Virus record (IMG/VR): IMGVR_UViG_3300045988_122465
DNA: 61,204 nt
DNA from: a virus
Reading direction: 5' to 3' (one strand)
The notes under the pieces are model-generated. The model was given only the letters and a program-made list of their open reading frames with translations. It did no database searches and was not told the origin of the DNA. The translations under genes and the position numbers were made by a program. Below, one piece after another: positions 43,371 to 52,214 of the stretch. Each line of letters begins with the position of its first letter. Position 1 is the first letter of the stretch.

Positions 43371-43391
43371 GCCGGAGTTAAGTGCTCCGGC
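43371..43391. terminator. Bidirectional terminator hairpin
   Basis: gccggag-ttaagtg-ctccggc between convergent genes. Confidence 0.6.
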
Positions 43392-43394
43392 ATA

Positions 43395-43832
43395 TTAATT
43401 GATTAGCCCTTTAAATTTTAACCGATTTACGATTTCGGTGTAAAGATATTCTATATCTCCACTGAAATCCCCATAATTCTGGTACAGAAACACGACATCA
43501 GTACAATTGTCGGAAATTGTACTCTTGGACTGAACCCCCAATACTCTTGACATTTCTTCACGTAATCCGGCTGTCATTTTTCCACCGGCAAGCGAGCTTG
43601 GAGAAAACAAGTACAAGATGATGAAGATAAATTTTTTCCGCTGGGTCACACTGTCAATATTCGGTGGACATCCCCTCTCATTCAGTACCTCAACGAATAT
43701 TTTGTAGATTTCATGGATAAGGCTTTTATCTTTCAAAATCGGGGAAGTTAAGATATTTTCTTCCTCTGAAAGTTCTGATTTTTCGATACGAATCTTTTTA
43801 AGACGAATTATTTTATTAAAATCCAGCTTCAT
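43395..43832 (-). CDS. Hypothetical 145-aa protein
   Basis: ORF track. Confidence 0.6.
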   Translation of the reverse strand: MKLDFNKIIRLKKIRIEKSELSEEENILTSPILKDKSLIHEIYKIFVEVLNERGCPPNIDSVTQRKKFIFIILYLFSPSSLAGGKMTAGLREEMSRVLGVQSKSTISDNCTDVVFLYQNYGDFSGDIEYLYTEIVNRLKFKGLIN

Positions 43833-43856
43833 AACACGATTATTTAAAAAGTAAAT

Positions 43857-43878
43857 AGTATATTTGCATCATAATCGT
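43857..43878 (+). promoter_or_regulatory. Fifth copy of the promoter core, facing antisense to the early operon
   Basis: TAGTATATTTGCATCATAATCG on the plus strand; no plus-strand ORF downstream. Confidence 0.4.
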
Positions 43879-43928
43879 GTAAGATTTGGGAGAATCAATG
43901 CTTGGTCGTGCTGGCAGATTCTCCCTTT

Positions 43929-44276
43929 CTATTTTAAAGGATCAATCATTTGTTCTCTGTCTTCCATTTTTCTTTTAAGATTACTGTATTCATCTTCAAT
44001 ACACTTGCTTATCTTAGCTGCATCTTCGTAACGTTCGGCTTTTATAAGTATTCTTCTTATCTCTTCAAGCTGATTGATGTATACGATGTCGTTACGATCC
44101 GTTACGTGCTGAATATAACTTTTGATGTCATTCAGCTTGACCTCCATGCGTCTGTGCCATTTGCCTATCAAAATTACAATGATGGCAACAGTTGTAGCAT
44201 TTAGGATGAATAATGCGATTTTAAGTATTAATTCTGCAACTTCGCTTATTGGTATGGCTATTCCTCCTTTAGTCAA
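43929..44276 (-). CDS. TM plus coiled-coil 115-aa protein
   Basis: ILKIALFILNATTVAIIVILIG. Confidence 0.55.
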   Translation of the reverse strand: MTKGGIAIPISEVAELILKIALFILNATTVAIIVILIGKWHRRMEVKLNDIKSYIQHVTDRNDIVYINQLEEIRRILIKAERYEDAAKISKCIEDEYSNLKRKMEDREQMIDPLK

Positions 44277-44928
44277 CTAACACAAACTCGTAAGCAAATA
44301 CAAACGGATTACTTTCCCATGTGCCTTTGCCGGAAACTTTATCTATCAAGAACGAAAAAGCTTGTTGAGCTACATCTGTTGATAAATATCCTCTTTTTGT
44401 ATGAGGGGTATGATATCTCTTTATTCCATTATTATCAGTATACGCATGAATAATTCCTTCTTTCAAGCAATCTTCATCTGATATATCCTGTAGGCGTTCT
44501 ACTTTTACATTGGTTATCTTTATGTGATGTTTACAAGCATATGACTTAACGAACATCTTGTTATTCCATCCTGCGGAATTCTTCATGAGGCCACGAATGC
44601 TTAAATCTTTCGGATGCCTGTCTAGTGAGTCTGGGGAATAGCCTAAATCCCTATAGCTTTGTGCAATGGCAACAACTTCGCCAACCTTGTAAAGGGGATT
44701 ATTCCATCCTGTAAAATCTCCATCTTTATTTTTCCACCCAAATGCACCAAATAAAGGAGATACTAGGTTCCCTTCGTTATCATAATCTTTAGATCCAAAA
44801 ACGGGAAATACAATATCCCAACTTTCATCAGGTCTATCGTATTTACAAATCCTTCTCGTCATAGTCTTCCGACCTTCCAATACGGCTTGGGTTAAGCCAA
44901 GTTTATCATTGAACATTATTTTCTTCAT
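44269..44928 (-). CDS. ASCH-like domain protein (219 aa)
   Basis: MFNDKLGLTQAVLEGRKTMTRRI N-terminus. Confidence 0.5.
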   Translation of the reverse strand: MKKIMFNDKLGLTQAVLEGRKTMTRRICKYDRPDESWDIVFPVFGSKDYDNEGNLVSPLFGAFGWKNKDGDFTGWNNPLYKVGEVVAIAQSYRDLGYSPDSLDRHPKDLSIRGLMKNSAGWNNKMFVKSYACKHHIKITNVKVERLQDISDEDCLKEGIIHAYTDNNGIKRYHTPHTKRGYLSTDVAQQAFSFLIDKVSGKGTWESNPFVFAYEFVLVD

Positions 44929-44930
44929 GA

Positions 44931-45337
44931 TTATTCCTCCTTGATTAATTCAGGATTATCGTAGATGTTGCCTACAATCTCTTCCATTACATTATAGTTA
45001 CAGAATGGCAATAATTCTCCACTATACTCTCCGATATATCCAAAACATCCGTCTTTTACACCTACTTTATTATAGATTCTTACGCCTTCATCTTCACCCA
45101 TTAACAATATATCCCTTCGTAAATTTCCTTACCGTTCTTGTCAAGTAATCCGGTGAACTGACCTACGGTTTCGGGAATGACCTTACTTCTATTAAACATT
45201 TCAGTAGCTTCGCATCCATATTGGGAAAGTTTATTGCTGAAAATAGCCATTTCACCACTTTCGTACTGAATCAAGTCACCAAATATCCATTCGTTATTAT
45301 ATAAGTTTTTTCCTCTGAATTTTATTGTACGATTCAT
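44931..45337 (-). pseudogene. YopX-family gene split by a 1-nt frameshift
   Basis: N-part MNRTIKFRGK...KEIYEGIYC* (45101..45337); C-part MGEDEG...GNIYDNPELIKEE* (44931..45101); restoring one G after GAAGGG gives YEGDILLMGEDEG. Confidence 0.65.
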
Positions 45338-45338
45338 T

Positions 45339-45530
45339 TTATTCCTCCTTCTTTACCAATTCAACTTCTGTCGGCTCTTCATCTTCCCATTTTACTTCGG
45401 GGAATAAAGAAGAGTCTAGCTTATAGAAATCATGGGGATTGTCACTACATAATTGCCAACTTTCCGAATACTTCACGGGTTGCTTCTTATAAAGGCATAA
45501 ATCCCCGTCTTTGTCTCTTGCTACATACAT
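45339..45530 (-). CDS. Hypothetical 63-aa protein
   Basis: ORF track. Confidence 0.55.
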   Translation of the reverse strand: MYVARDKDGDLCLYKKQPVKYSESWQLCSDNPHDFYKLDSSLFPEVKWEDEEPTEVELVKKEE

Positions 45531-45531
45531 A

Positions 45532-45954
45532 TTAGTCTCCTTTCTCTTTAATCCGTTCTAGTACATCTCTGTTGGCTTCCAGTATTTCATCGAAAGATGG
45601 TATTGGCATCCAATGTGTGACTCCGCTATCAAAAGTACCCAATGTTACATCTGAATAAAATAGTCCTGCACAATAGAATAAAGCACGATATGGATTGCGA
45701 CCGCCTGCCACAAATACCCATCCGCTTTCTTTCGGCAACCTATCTTCTACACTTATCCACGGGGATTGCTTTGCATGCCATTCTGCACCTTGAATGAAAT
45801 TCATTTCTCCAAATTGTGCTAGATATTTGCCCGACAAAGTTCTATCAACAGTTCTGTGATTAAACAAGATATTTTCTCTTGCTGCTGCTTCTAATTTCTG
45901 TTTCATACTACTCTGTTTTACGCAAATCCTTGATAATTCTTCAAGAACTTGCAA
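45532..45954 (-). CDS. DUF551-like protein
   Basis: SPWISVEDRLPKESGWVFV. Confidence 0.55.
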   Translation of the reverse strand: MQVLEELSRICVKQSSMKQKLEAAARENILFNHRTVDRTLSGKYLAQFGEMNFIQGAEWHAKQSPWISVEDRLPKESGWVFVAGGRNPYRALFYCAGLFYSDVTLGTFDSGVTHWMPIPSFDEILEANRDVLERIKEKGD

Positions 45955-45963
45955 GGTTTTACT

Positions 45964-46446
45964 CTAATTGATTCGTACATACTTACCTGCGATATCGCAA
46001 GTTCTTAATATATCGGCATTATCTTCACCGAAAGCTATTAGGATACTGCCGCACCCGGGCGAGTCCCCACGAGTCCCATCCGGTCGAAAGAAGCGAATCC
46101 GGTTCCGTAGAAATTTCATAGCTGTTGCTTTTTCAAAGATGACATCTTGGAACATCTTTGAATCGCAACGATTGAAAAGTAATGCGATTCCGTTTCCATG
46201 CTCTGCCAGACGTTTAACGAACTGTTCAATAAGCGGACGGGAATAAGGAGGATTTAGCCAAACACGACCTACCCAATCTTTAGTTAATCCGTCATGGTTC
46301 TTGTTGTACATGATTTCTGCTGTTTGCCAAAGTGGGTTAACCGGAGCGCATGGATCTAAATCGAACTTTCCCAATGCGTCTATAATTTCTTTTGGCGTGT
46401 ACCATTCATCGGTGGTATTAACCGATTTCTCAAAGGTTGTATTCAT
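45964..46446 (-). CDS. dam: Phage DNA N6-adenine methyltransferase
   Basis: DEWYTPKEIIDALGKFDLDPCA and WLNPPYS motifs. Confidence 0.85.
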   Translation of the reverse strand: MNTTFEKSVNTTDEWYTPKEIIDALGKFDLDPCAPVNPLWQTAEIMYNKNHDGLTKDWVGRVWLNPPYSRPLIEQFVKRLAEHGNGIALLFNRCDSKMFQDVIFEKATAMKFLRNRIRFFRPDGTRGDSPGCGSILIAFGEDNADILRTCDIAGKYVRIN

Positions 46447-46456
46447 TGAAAATATT

Positions 46457-46558
46457 TTAATTAATTGTATCCATCAAGTGGTCCGCTATCGCATACACCA
46501 CCAGGTAAAATAAGATGTTCACTCCTAGGAGAAGGAGGATGTTTAGGAGTATTCTCAT
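46457..46558 (-). CDS. Possible 33-aa hydrophobic peptide
   Basis: MRILLNILLLLGVNILFYLVVYAIADHLMDTIN. Confidence 0.25.
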   Translation of the reverse strand: MRILLNILLLLGVNILFYLVVYAIADHLMDTIN

Positions 46559-46560
46559 AA

Positions 46561-46965
46561 CTAATCCAGCTTCTCGTTACTTTCGAAAATATGAGCAAAC
46601 GTACTTTTTTCATCTGATAGATCGAGTCCAAGTTGTGAAGGGTGACGTTTGATGTAATTATAAAATGCGAACATCTTTTTGTCATCGTCACCGCAGCGGT
46701 CTACCAACAGCCGGATGAAAGCCAGAAGACAATCGGAGTCGTTTCCGAAGTTTTCCTGTGTGGAGAACTGTGTTTTATCCACATCTTGTTTCAATTTCCG
46801 GATCGCGGCTATTGCTGTGTTGAAATTGCGTTTCGCATCGTGGCGTAATTCATAGCCTTGCTTTCCCATTTCGCTTCTCAAATCATAGAGAAGGGTTTCT
46901 ACGACATCTGTCAACACATAGGTTAAGTTGAGAGTCGTATTAAGATTTGTTGTTCCTACTAACAT
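46561..46965 (-). CDS. Hypothetical 134-aa protein
   Basis: ORF track. Confidence 0.6.
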   Translation of the reverse strand: MLVGTTNLNTTLNLTYVLTDVVETLLYDLRSEMGKQGYELRHDAKRNFNTAIAAIRKLKQDVDKTQFSTQENFGNDSDCLLAFIRLLVDRCGDDDKKMFAFYNYIKRHPSQLGLDLSDEKSTFAHIFESNEKLD

Positions 46966-46969
46966 GATT

Positions 46970-47152
46970 TTATTTATTTCTTATTTGGATAAATCCACGT
47001 TTTTCTGTCTCTCTAAGGAGTTCCATATCTTCTTCCTTGATATTACAAGGTGTTTCTCTGTTGACACTCATATAAGATGATATGCCGAATTTCTTTCGTA
47101 TCTTTTCTATGACTTTCCATTCTTTGGTAGTCCAGCATATTGTAACATTCAT
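46970..47152 (-). CDS. Hypothetical 60-aa protein
   Basis: ORF track, 4-nt overlap with the upstream gene. Confidence 0.5.
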   Translation of the reverse strand: MNVTICWTTKEWKVIEKIRKKFGISSYMSVNRETPCNIKEEDMELLRETEKRGFIQIRNK

Positions 47153-47742
47153 TTTCTTAAACTTTTTCCTATGAATTTCACTCGTGTAGTAATGGAAACC
47201 AATCTATCCATAGTACGTTCCCCATACTTTTGGGAGATTTCATCAAGTGATAGATTAGTGGTCAATATCAAGAGTTTTCCTCGCTTTTCCGCTTCATCAA
47301 CAATTTCACAGAAGGCAAGTCTTTTTTCTCCGAATTTCACGCTAAGATTCTCTGTGCCGACATCATCAATATAGATGATATGCTTTGCCTTCACAGCGTC
47401 TATATCAGCATTCATCTGTTGTGCATCATAACATGCTACAATCTTCCGGCAATAGTGATTGAGAAGCAAAGGGATAATCTTCCAGCATATAAGTGATTTC
47501 CCTCGTCCACAATTGCCATGGCATAAAAGTCCACGCCCGTTATTCCCAGAAAGCCATGTGGCTATTTCATCGTATTCCGGTAGCCATTCGGCATTTCCCG
47601 TGAAATAGTTCAACCCTTGCCAAAGGATATTCTTTGCATCTGGTATCGCTATGTTCACAAGATTGGGAACAGGGTTAAATCCAGTCTTCCTAAGATTGTC
47701 GATTGTTTTTTTAAAGTCTATTTGTTCCATCTTTCCTCCCAT
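47149..47742 (-). CDS. DnaC/IstB-like AAA+ helicase loader
   Basis: HGNCGRGKS Walker A, IIYIDDVG Walker B. Confidence 0.75.
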   Translation of the reverse strand: MGGKMEQIDFKKTIDNLRKTGFNPVPNLVNIAIPDAKNILWQGLNYFTGNAEWLPEYDEIATWLSGNNGRGLLCHGNCGRGKSLICWKIIPLLLNHYCRKIVACYDAQQMNADIDAVKAKHIIYIDDVGTENLSVKFGEKRLAFCEIVDEAEKRGKLLILTTNLSLDEISQKYGERTMDRLVSITTRVKFIGKSLRK

Positions 47743-48566
47743 TTTCTTTCCTGTGGCGAATCGTATTTGTCAGGAGAGTTATCTTTGAGAACCACACCAA
47801 TATCAGTAGTTGGCTTGGCCGGTATTTTTTCCCGATTTGCCCATGTTGCCAACCTTTTAGGAAGTTCCCAGGTCTTTTCAAGTTCATAGCGCATTTTAGT
47901 TTCTGATTTGTTCAGTTCAGACCAATAATCAAAGAAGGAGCGAATCATTTCCTTTTGATACTTACCGACAAAAGGTACAAGAGATTGATAAAAAGATTCT
48001 TTTCGAGAGAGAGTAGCGGCTTTAGCCGCGTTTTTCTTATCTCCGTAAGGAGATTCTTTAGTATTATCTTCTTCATCTTTCTTCTTATTATCGCCCTTAG
48101 CTTGCCCCATTTTTTCAACAACTGCCCTTAACTCCGCCCTTAATTCGCCCAAAGCATTATTTAACTCTCTGATTTCTTTATTGTTATCTATGTCCTTGTC
48201 TATGCCCTTGGGTATGCCCTTGTAGGGGTTGTATTCATCATACTTGCATAAAGTTATCACAGTCATGCCTTGTTTGTTACAAGTCGTTATCATGCCTCTC
48301 TTTTTCAGTTTGGCAAGAAAATAGCGCACTTTCTTTTCAGACCATTGCCAACGCTTCATCAAAAACGATATAGATGCTGGATATTGACCTCTTGAATAAG
48401 AGATTTCCCGACCTCCGATGAGTTCGCTGTACGCCTTGTCGGTTGCCTCAAATCGTGCTGACTGAATCAAGTCAAGCCACGCTTCGCACTCCGAAAACTC
48501 ACGGGCTACCTTCCACATTTCATTCGAGAAAAACCTGCGGCTTAGCCTCAAAAATCCTTCGTCCAT
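47718..48566 (-). CDS. Replication initiation / replisome organiser-like protein
   Basis: N-terminal winged-helix-like region, position upstream of the loader. Confidence 0.5.
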   Translation of the reverse strand: MDEGFLRLSRRFFSNEMWKVAREFSECEAWLDLIQSARFEATDKAYSELIGGREISYSRGQYPASISFLMKRWQWSEKKVRYFLAKLKKRGMITTCNKQGMTVITLCKYDEYNPYKGIPKGIDKDIDNNKEIRELNNALGELRAELRAVVEKMGQAKGDNKKKDEEDNTKESPYGDKKNAAKAATLSRKESFYQSLVPFVGKYQKEMIRSFFDYWSELNKSETKMRYELEKTWELPKRLATWANREKIPAKPTTDIGVVLKDNSPDKYDSPQERKWEERWNK

Positions 48567-48568
48567 AG

Positions 48569-49738
48569 TTAGAATCTCACGTTTGTTAATTGTCTTCCTT
48601 TAGAGCAAACTACCCATTTACCATTACCGCTATCAAACAACCGTAAATCAGAGACTTCGCCAAAACGTTTGATGTTACCGCATAAATCTACAATCCAGCC
48701 ACATTCTTTGGAAGGGTGGGGGCGAATAGCCCGACCGACTATCTGATACCACATAGCAAGTGACATCGTAGGACGTGCCATAACAACAGTGTCAAGTTCT
48801 GGATAATCAAAACCCGTAGTCAATACCCCGACATTCGCCACTACTGGTATTTCCCCAGTTTTGAAATGTTGGAGAATCATTTCACGAGTTGCTTTTGGAG
48901 TATCACCGGATACAATAGCGCAACCAGGTATTGAATAGGTCAACCGCTCTGCTTCTTTCAAGAACCGAGTAAATACTAAAATGCCTTTTCTCTTACCACC
49001 TGCTTTGGGATTCATCAGTCTTTGGACGATATGAACGAGATAACCGTAGAAGTCTATCCGTTCATATTCTCGTTGAACTGATTTATCCGTATAGTCTGCA
49101 CCGGTGGTATTTACTTTCAGGTTAAGTTCATTCCATCCTGAAGGATTCATCGGATAATAGTTTAGCTTCGCCAAGTAGCCCATATCTAATAGGGTTGATA
49201 CCTGTACATGGTAAATGACCTCTGAAAAGACATGAGGTTTTGTCCGAGTGATAAATTTCAGCATAGAACCAAAGTCACGGCTGGAACTTAAACGATACGG
49301 TGTAGCTGTCAGTCCAAGAACCTTACACTTCACCGCATCGAAGAAATCCTTGTACATTCCCTCTTTAGGGTTAACAAGGTGACATTCGTCCACGATGATG
49401 TTCTTGAAGTGGGTGAACAGTTCAGGATGATTCTTCACACTGCCGATGGTGGCAAATGTTATCCGGCTTATCTCCTTTGAGTTAAAGGATGCTGAATAGA
49501 TACTGCAATCAAGAATGCCGTATGAGCAGAGTTTTTTGAAGTTTTGCTCTAAAATTTCTTTTGAGGGCTGAAAAACCAATGTATGACCGTCAAGCCTTGC
49601 GGCTATATCCGCTATGATAAGGCTCTTTCCACTCCCCGTAGGCAGAACCATGATAGCATTCGTCTTCTTCGCCCTGTTATTGAAGAAAGAAACGGCAGCA
49701 TCAGAGGCTTTCTGTTGGTAATCACGTAGTTTGTACAT
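48569..49738 (-). CDS. SF2 DEAD/DEAH-box helicase
   Basis: LPTGSGKS, VDECH, helicase C-terminal motifs; likely start MYKLRDYQ at 49738. Confidence 0.85.
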   Translation of the reverse strand: MYKLRDYQQKASDAAVSFFNNRAKKTNAIMVLPTGSGKSLIIADIAARLDGHTLVFQPSKEILEQNFKKLCSYGILDCSIYSASFNSKEISRITFATIGSVKNHPELFTHFKNIIVDECHLVNPKEGMYKDFFDAVKCKVLGLTATPYRLSSSRDFGSMLKFITRTKPHVFSEVIYHVQVSTLLDMGYLAKLNYYPMNPSGWNELNLKVNTTGADYTDKSVQREYERIDFYGYLVHIVQRLMNPKAGGKRKGILVFTRFLKEAERLTYSIPGCAIVSGDTPKATREMILQHFKTGEIPVVANVGVLTTGFDYPELDTVVMARPTMSLAMWYQIVGRAIRPHPSKECGWIVDLCGNIKRFGEVSDLRLFDSGNGKWVVCSKGRQLTNVRF

Positions 49739-49898
49739 ATCTATCTTCTGATTTAATGATAAAAGGGGAATCCTCACTAAGTTTGGAAAGAAATGTCCGG
49801 ATTATATAAGCCTGTTTCTTACTTAATCCAACCGGAGAGAATGAACCATCATTATTCTTGACCATCATGACAAATGTTCCTGCTTCCAAATCATTCAT
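49722..49898 (-). CDS. Possible 58-aa ORF
   Basis: ATGA overlap with the NinG-like stop; MNDLEAGTFVMMVKNNDGSFSPVGLSKKQAYIIRTFLSKL... Confidence 0.4.
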   Translation of the reverse strand: MNDLEAGTFVMMVKNNDGSFSPVGLSKKQAYIIRTFLSKLSEDSPFIIKSEDRYVQTT

Positions 49899-50374
49899 AA
49901 CCCTTTCTCCTTTCGTAACTTCTTATTAAGTGCTTTGTAATACTTGATTAGCTGTTCGTACTCAAAATCAGTCATTTTGGAAGTACCATCAGCTTTCACT
50001 TTCAGCAAGTCAAATTTCTGTTGCCCGATTTTGGCTATCAGATTCACCCGATAGCCTTCCAAATGATCGGCTTTGAACCTGTTGCAGTGCCGGCATTCGG
50101 CATGGCAATTATTCTCATCAAACCGTGTTGCCAAATGTGTACGACTGAAATAGTGCCCGCAGTCTGCTTGTGTAAACGGCTTTATCTGTCCGCAACTGAT
50201 ACAGCGAAAATATCCGTTCGGCATACAATCACGAAGCCGGATGAAAAGGGAAAACTCCTTGTCGAGTTTAGCTTTCAAATCCGGCTTTTTCTTTACTGTT
50301 ACCCCTGCTTTATCAAACAGAGGTAAAGGCTTGTCTTTTTTCTTAGCTTTGGTTCGTTTAATGTAATACGGCAT
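49895..50374 (-). CDS. NinG/Rap-like recombination endonuclease
   Basis: FIRLRD...CISCGQ...DCGHYFSR...RFDENNCHAECRHCNRFK...YRVNLIAKIGQ parallels lambda NinG. Confidence 0.8.
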   Translation of the reverse strand: MPYYIKRTKAKKKDKPLPLFDKAGVTVKKKPDLKAKLDKEFSLFIRLRDCMPNGYFRCISCGQIKPFTQADCGHYFSRTHLATRFDENNCHAECRHCNRFKADHLEGYRVNLIAKIGQQKFDLLKVKADGTSKMTDFEYEQLIKYYKALNKKLRKEKGL

Positions 50375-50393
50375 TGTTTATAATTTTAGTTTG

Positions 50394-50549
50394 TGGTGGC
50401 AGCAGGATTCGAACCTGCAATGCTTGGCAATCTTCTACATCTTCCGTGTAACACTGGATTGGTTCGTTTTACAATGATGCCCAGTTTTCATAACATCGTA
50501 ACCAAGTCTACTAAGAGTTGTCAGCGTCTACCTATTTCGCCATACCACC
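50394..50549 (-). tRNA. 156-nt tRNA-like gene: canonical acceptor, D arm, T arm with about 87 nt in place of a 7-nt anticodon loop
   Basis: GGUGGUA-UG-GCG-AAAUAGGUAGA-CGC ... GCAGG-UUCGAAU-CCUGC-UGCCACC-A; acceptor pairs 7/7 (one G-U). Confidence 0.55.
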
Positions 50550-50595
50550 ATGTTCGCCCGCCAATCTTCACAGACAGGCAGGCAGGTTAACAAAG

Positions 50596-51333
50596 TTATA
50601 CTTCGATGATTACGATGTCCGGTGCAATTTGTCTGATAGCATCCAACTGTTCATCAATGACTTTATTTTTGTATTCCTCGATGGCCTCATTCGCACCGGC
50701 AGACACAAGAGATAAAGAAACATCCCGACCGTCCACATCAGCGTAAATTTCGATTTCTATCTCTTCACAGGCAAAACCTTTGAAAAGAGGGATGTTTAGT
50801 TTGAAAGATTTTGGAAGGTTGGAATCAACCACCTGTGAGTAGTTATCCACCTTACTACCATTTTCCTCCTTACTGCGTTCGATGTCTTGGTTTACCTTTG
50901 CTTTGAAGTTTTTCAAAGTAGAAACAAGCATCATGTTTTGCGACTTGTCAGTAAAGAAAGCTCGGTGCATCTTCAAAAACTGCGATAATTTGATAGGTTC
51001 CCATTTCTTATCGGTATTAATGCCGAACTCTACCATCTCTTTGGACGGCTGAAGTACTCCGGTGATGACATCTTGGTAATAATTTGTTTCGTTAATCGTT
51101 AAAATCATCCCCATCTTGTCACGATTCACGATAATATTGGACGACTTTTGGTTGATTAAATCAATACGTTTCTCTAACCATCTGTAAGGCGCATCAATCG
51201 TCCCGTCTATCATAACCCTTTCCGGCTCTTTTATCTCCAGTTGTTCGGGGGCTGTTCCCTCTCTCAATACTACTTCAATAGGCGTACCATTATAATCTTT
51301 CGGTACAACCACGTTTAATTTGTTTTCGCTCAT
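50596..51333 (-). CDS. Hypothetical 245-aa protein
   Basis: ORF track. Confidence 0.6.
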   Translation of the reverse strand: MSENKLNVVVPKDYNGTPIEVVLREGTAPEQLEIKEPERVMIDGTIDAPYRWLEKRIDLINQKSSNIIVNRDKMGMILTINETNYYQDVITGVLQPSKEMVEFGINTDKKWEPIKLSQFLKMHRAFFTDKSQNMMLVSTLKNFKAKVNQDIERSKEENGSKVDNYSQVVDSNLPKSFKLNIPLFKGFACEEIEIEIYADVDGRDVSLSLVSAGANEAIEEYKNKVIDEQLDAIRQIAPDIVIIEV

Positions 51334-51761
51334 GATTCTGTTCCTGTTTTACGGTTAATATTAAAAATAGTTCTTTGCATTTCCTGCGGCATGATAGGAC
51401 GGGAATAAACCAGCTCACCAAGTTTGTTGTAATACCCGGCCATCTTTTCTTCATGATAGAGAATTTTTACACACTCTTCATTTTCAACATATTCAGAGCC
51501 TTTCTTTATATTTTCAAGAAGTTCCTGTTTCCTTTCATTCAAAGGCTTTAACTCTGCCTTAAATGCTTCCATTGCTTCTTTTTTCTCTATCTCAATATCA
51601 TTAATTTGAATTGAGGTTTCAGCAAGAGATTCTTTCTTTTGCGCTAATTCATCCGGTGTAAAGCGATGAGTATAGCCAATCTCTTCCACTGCATCGGCAT
51701 TGTCCTGTAAGAACTGCCATCTATCCTTTTCGGGGATTTCTTGACCTAAAAATTTGTCCAT
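51330..51761 (-). CDS. Hypothetical coiled-coil 143-aa protein
   Basis: ORF track. Confidence 0.6.
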   Translation of the reverse strand: MDKFLGQEIPEKDRWQFLQDNADAVEEIGYTHRFTPDELAQKKESLAETSIQINDIEIEKKEAMEAFKAELKPLNERKQELLENIKKGSEYVENEECVKILYHEEKMAGYYNKLGELVYSRPIMPQEMQRTIFNINRKTGTES

Positions 51762-51773
51762 AAAATAAAATGA

Positions 51774-52211
51774 TTAAATAAATTCTTTGTTACGTTCAAT
51801 TTCTTGCTGGGCATATACCAACATTTGATGTTCATTAGCAGCCGGTAGATAAATATCTGCCTGTGCCGTGCTCCAATTACGAAAACGCTCAATAGATAAA
51901 GTCATTTCCCCTGTTGTCAGTTCTGCCGAACTGCGTAAATAAGTTACTTCTTCACCTTTCTTGTTGATCGTTTTGCGTTCAAACAAATCACGGTTGCAAG
52001 TTCTCTTATAGAAGTCAATTTTGGCTTCGTCAAGGCTACAACCGTACTCACTACCGAAATATCCTAAAAGAAGATGTAAGTAGCTGTTTTGGGCAAGCGT
52101 GCGGTTAGGAAGTTTCTTTTTCACTTCCACCACCGCACGTTCACTAAACAGCTTGTTTACATACTCTTTGAACTTGGGTATTTGATATTCATTCTTCAAA
52201 TCGAAAATCAT
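51774..52211 (-). CDS. NinB/Orf-like recombination mediator (putative)
   Basis: VVEVKKKLPNRTLAQNSYLHLLLGYFG parallels lambda NinB ...ERNRSLDQNRKLWACLG. Confidence 0.5.
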   Translation of the reverse strand: MIFDLKNEYQIPKFKEYVNKLFSERAVVEVKKKLPNRTLAQNSYLHLLLGYFGSEYGCSLDEAKIDFYKRTCNRDLFERKTINKKGEEVTYLRSSAELTTGEMTLSIERFRNWSTAQADIYLPAANEHQMLVYAQQEIERNKEFI

Positions 52212-52214
52212 ACG

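Noticed and set aside
46461-46691. 76-aa minus ORF overlapping the 134-aa gene end
   Set aside because: It is an out-of-frame overlap with a better-supported ORF. A 33-aa hydrophobic ORF in the true intergenic part is listed instead at low confidence.
50394-50400. Apparent encoded CCA end on the 156-nt tRNA-like gene (tggtggc)
   Set aside because: After folding, the CC-A are the last two acceptor bases plus the discriminator. The next bases are CAA, so CCA is not encoded.
50393-50590. 65-aa plus-strand ORF (MVAAGFEPAM...)
   Set aside because: It is the antisense reading of the tRNA-like gene (GGATTCGAACC T-arm signature), a typical spurious ORF over a tRNA.
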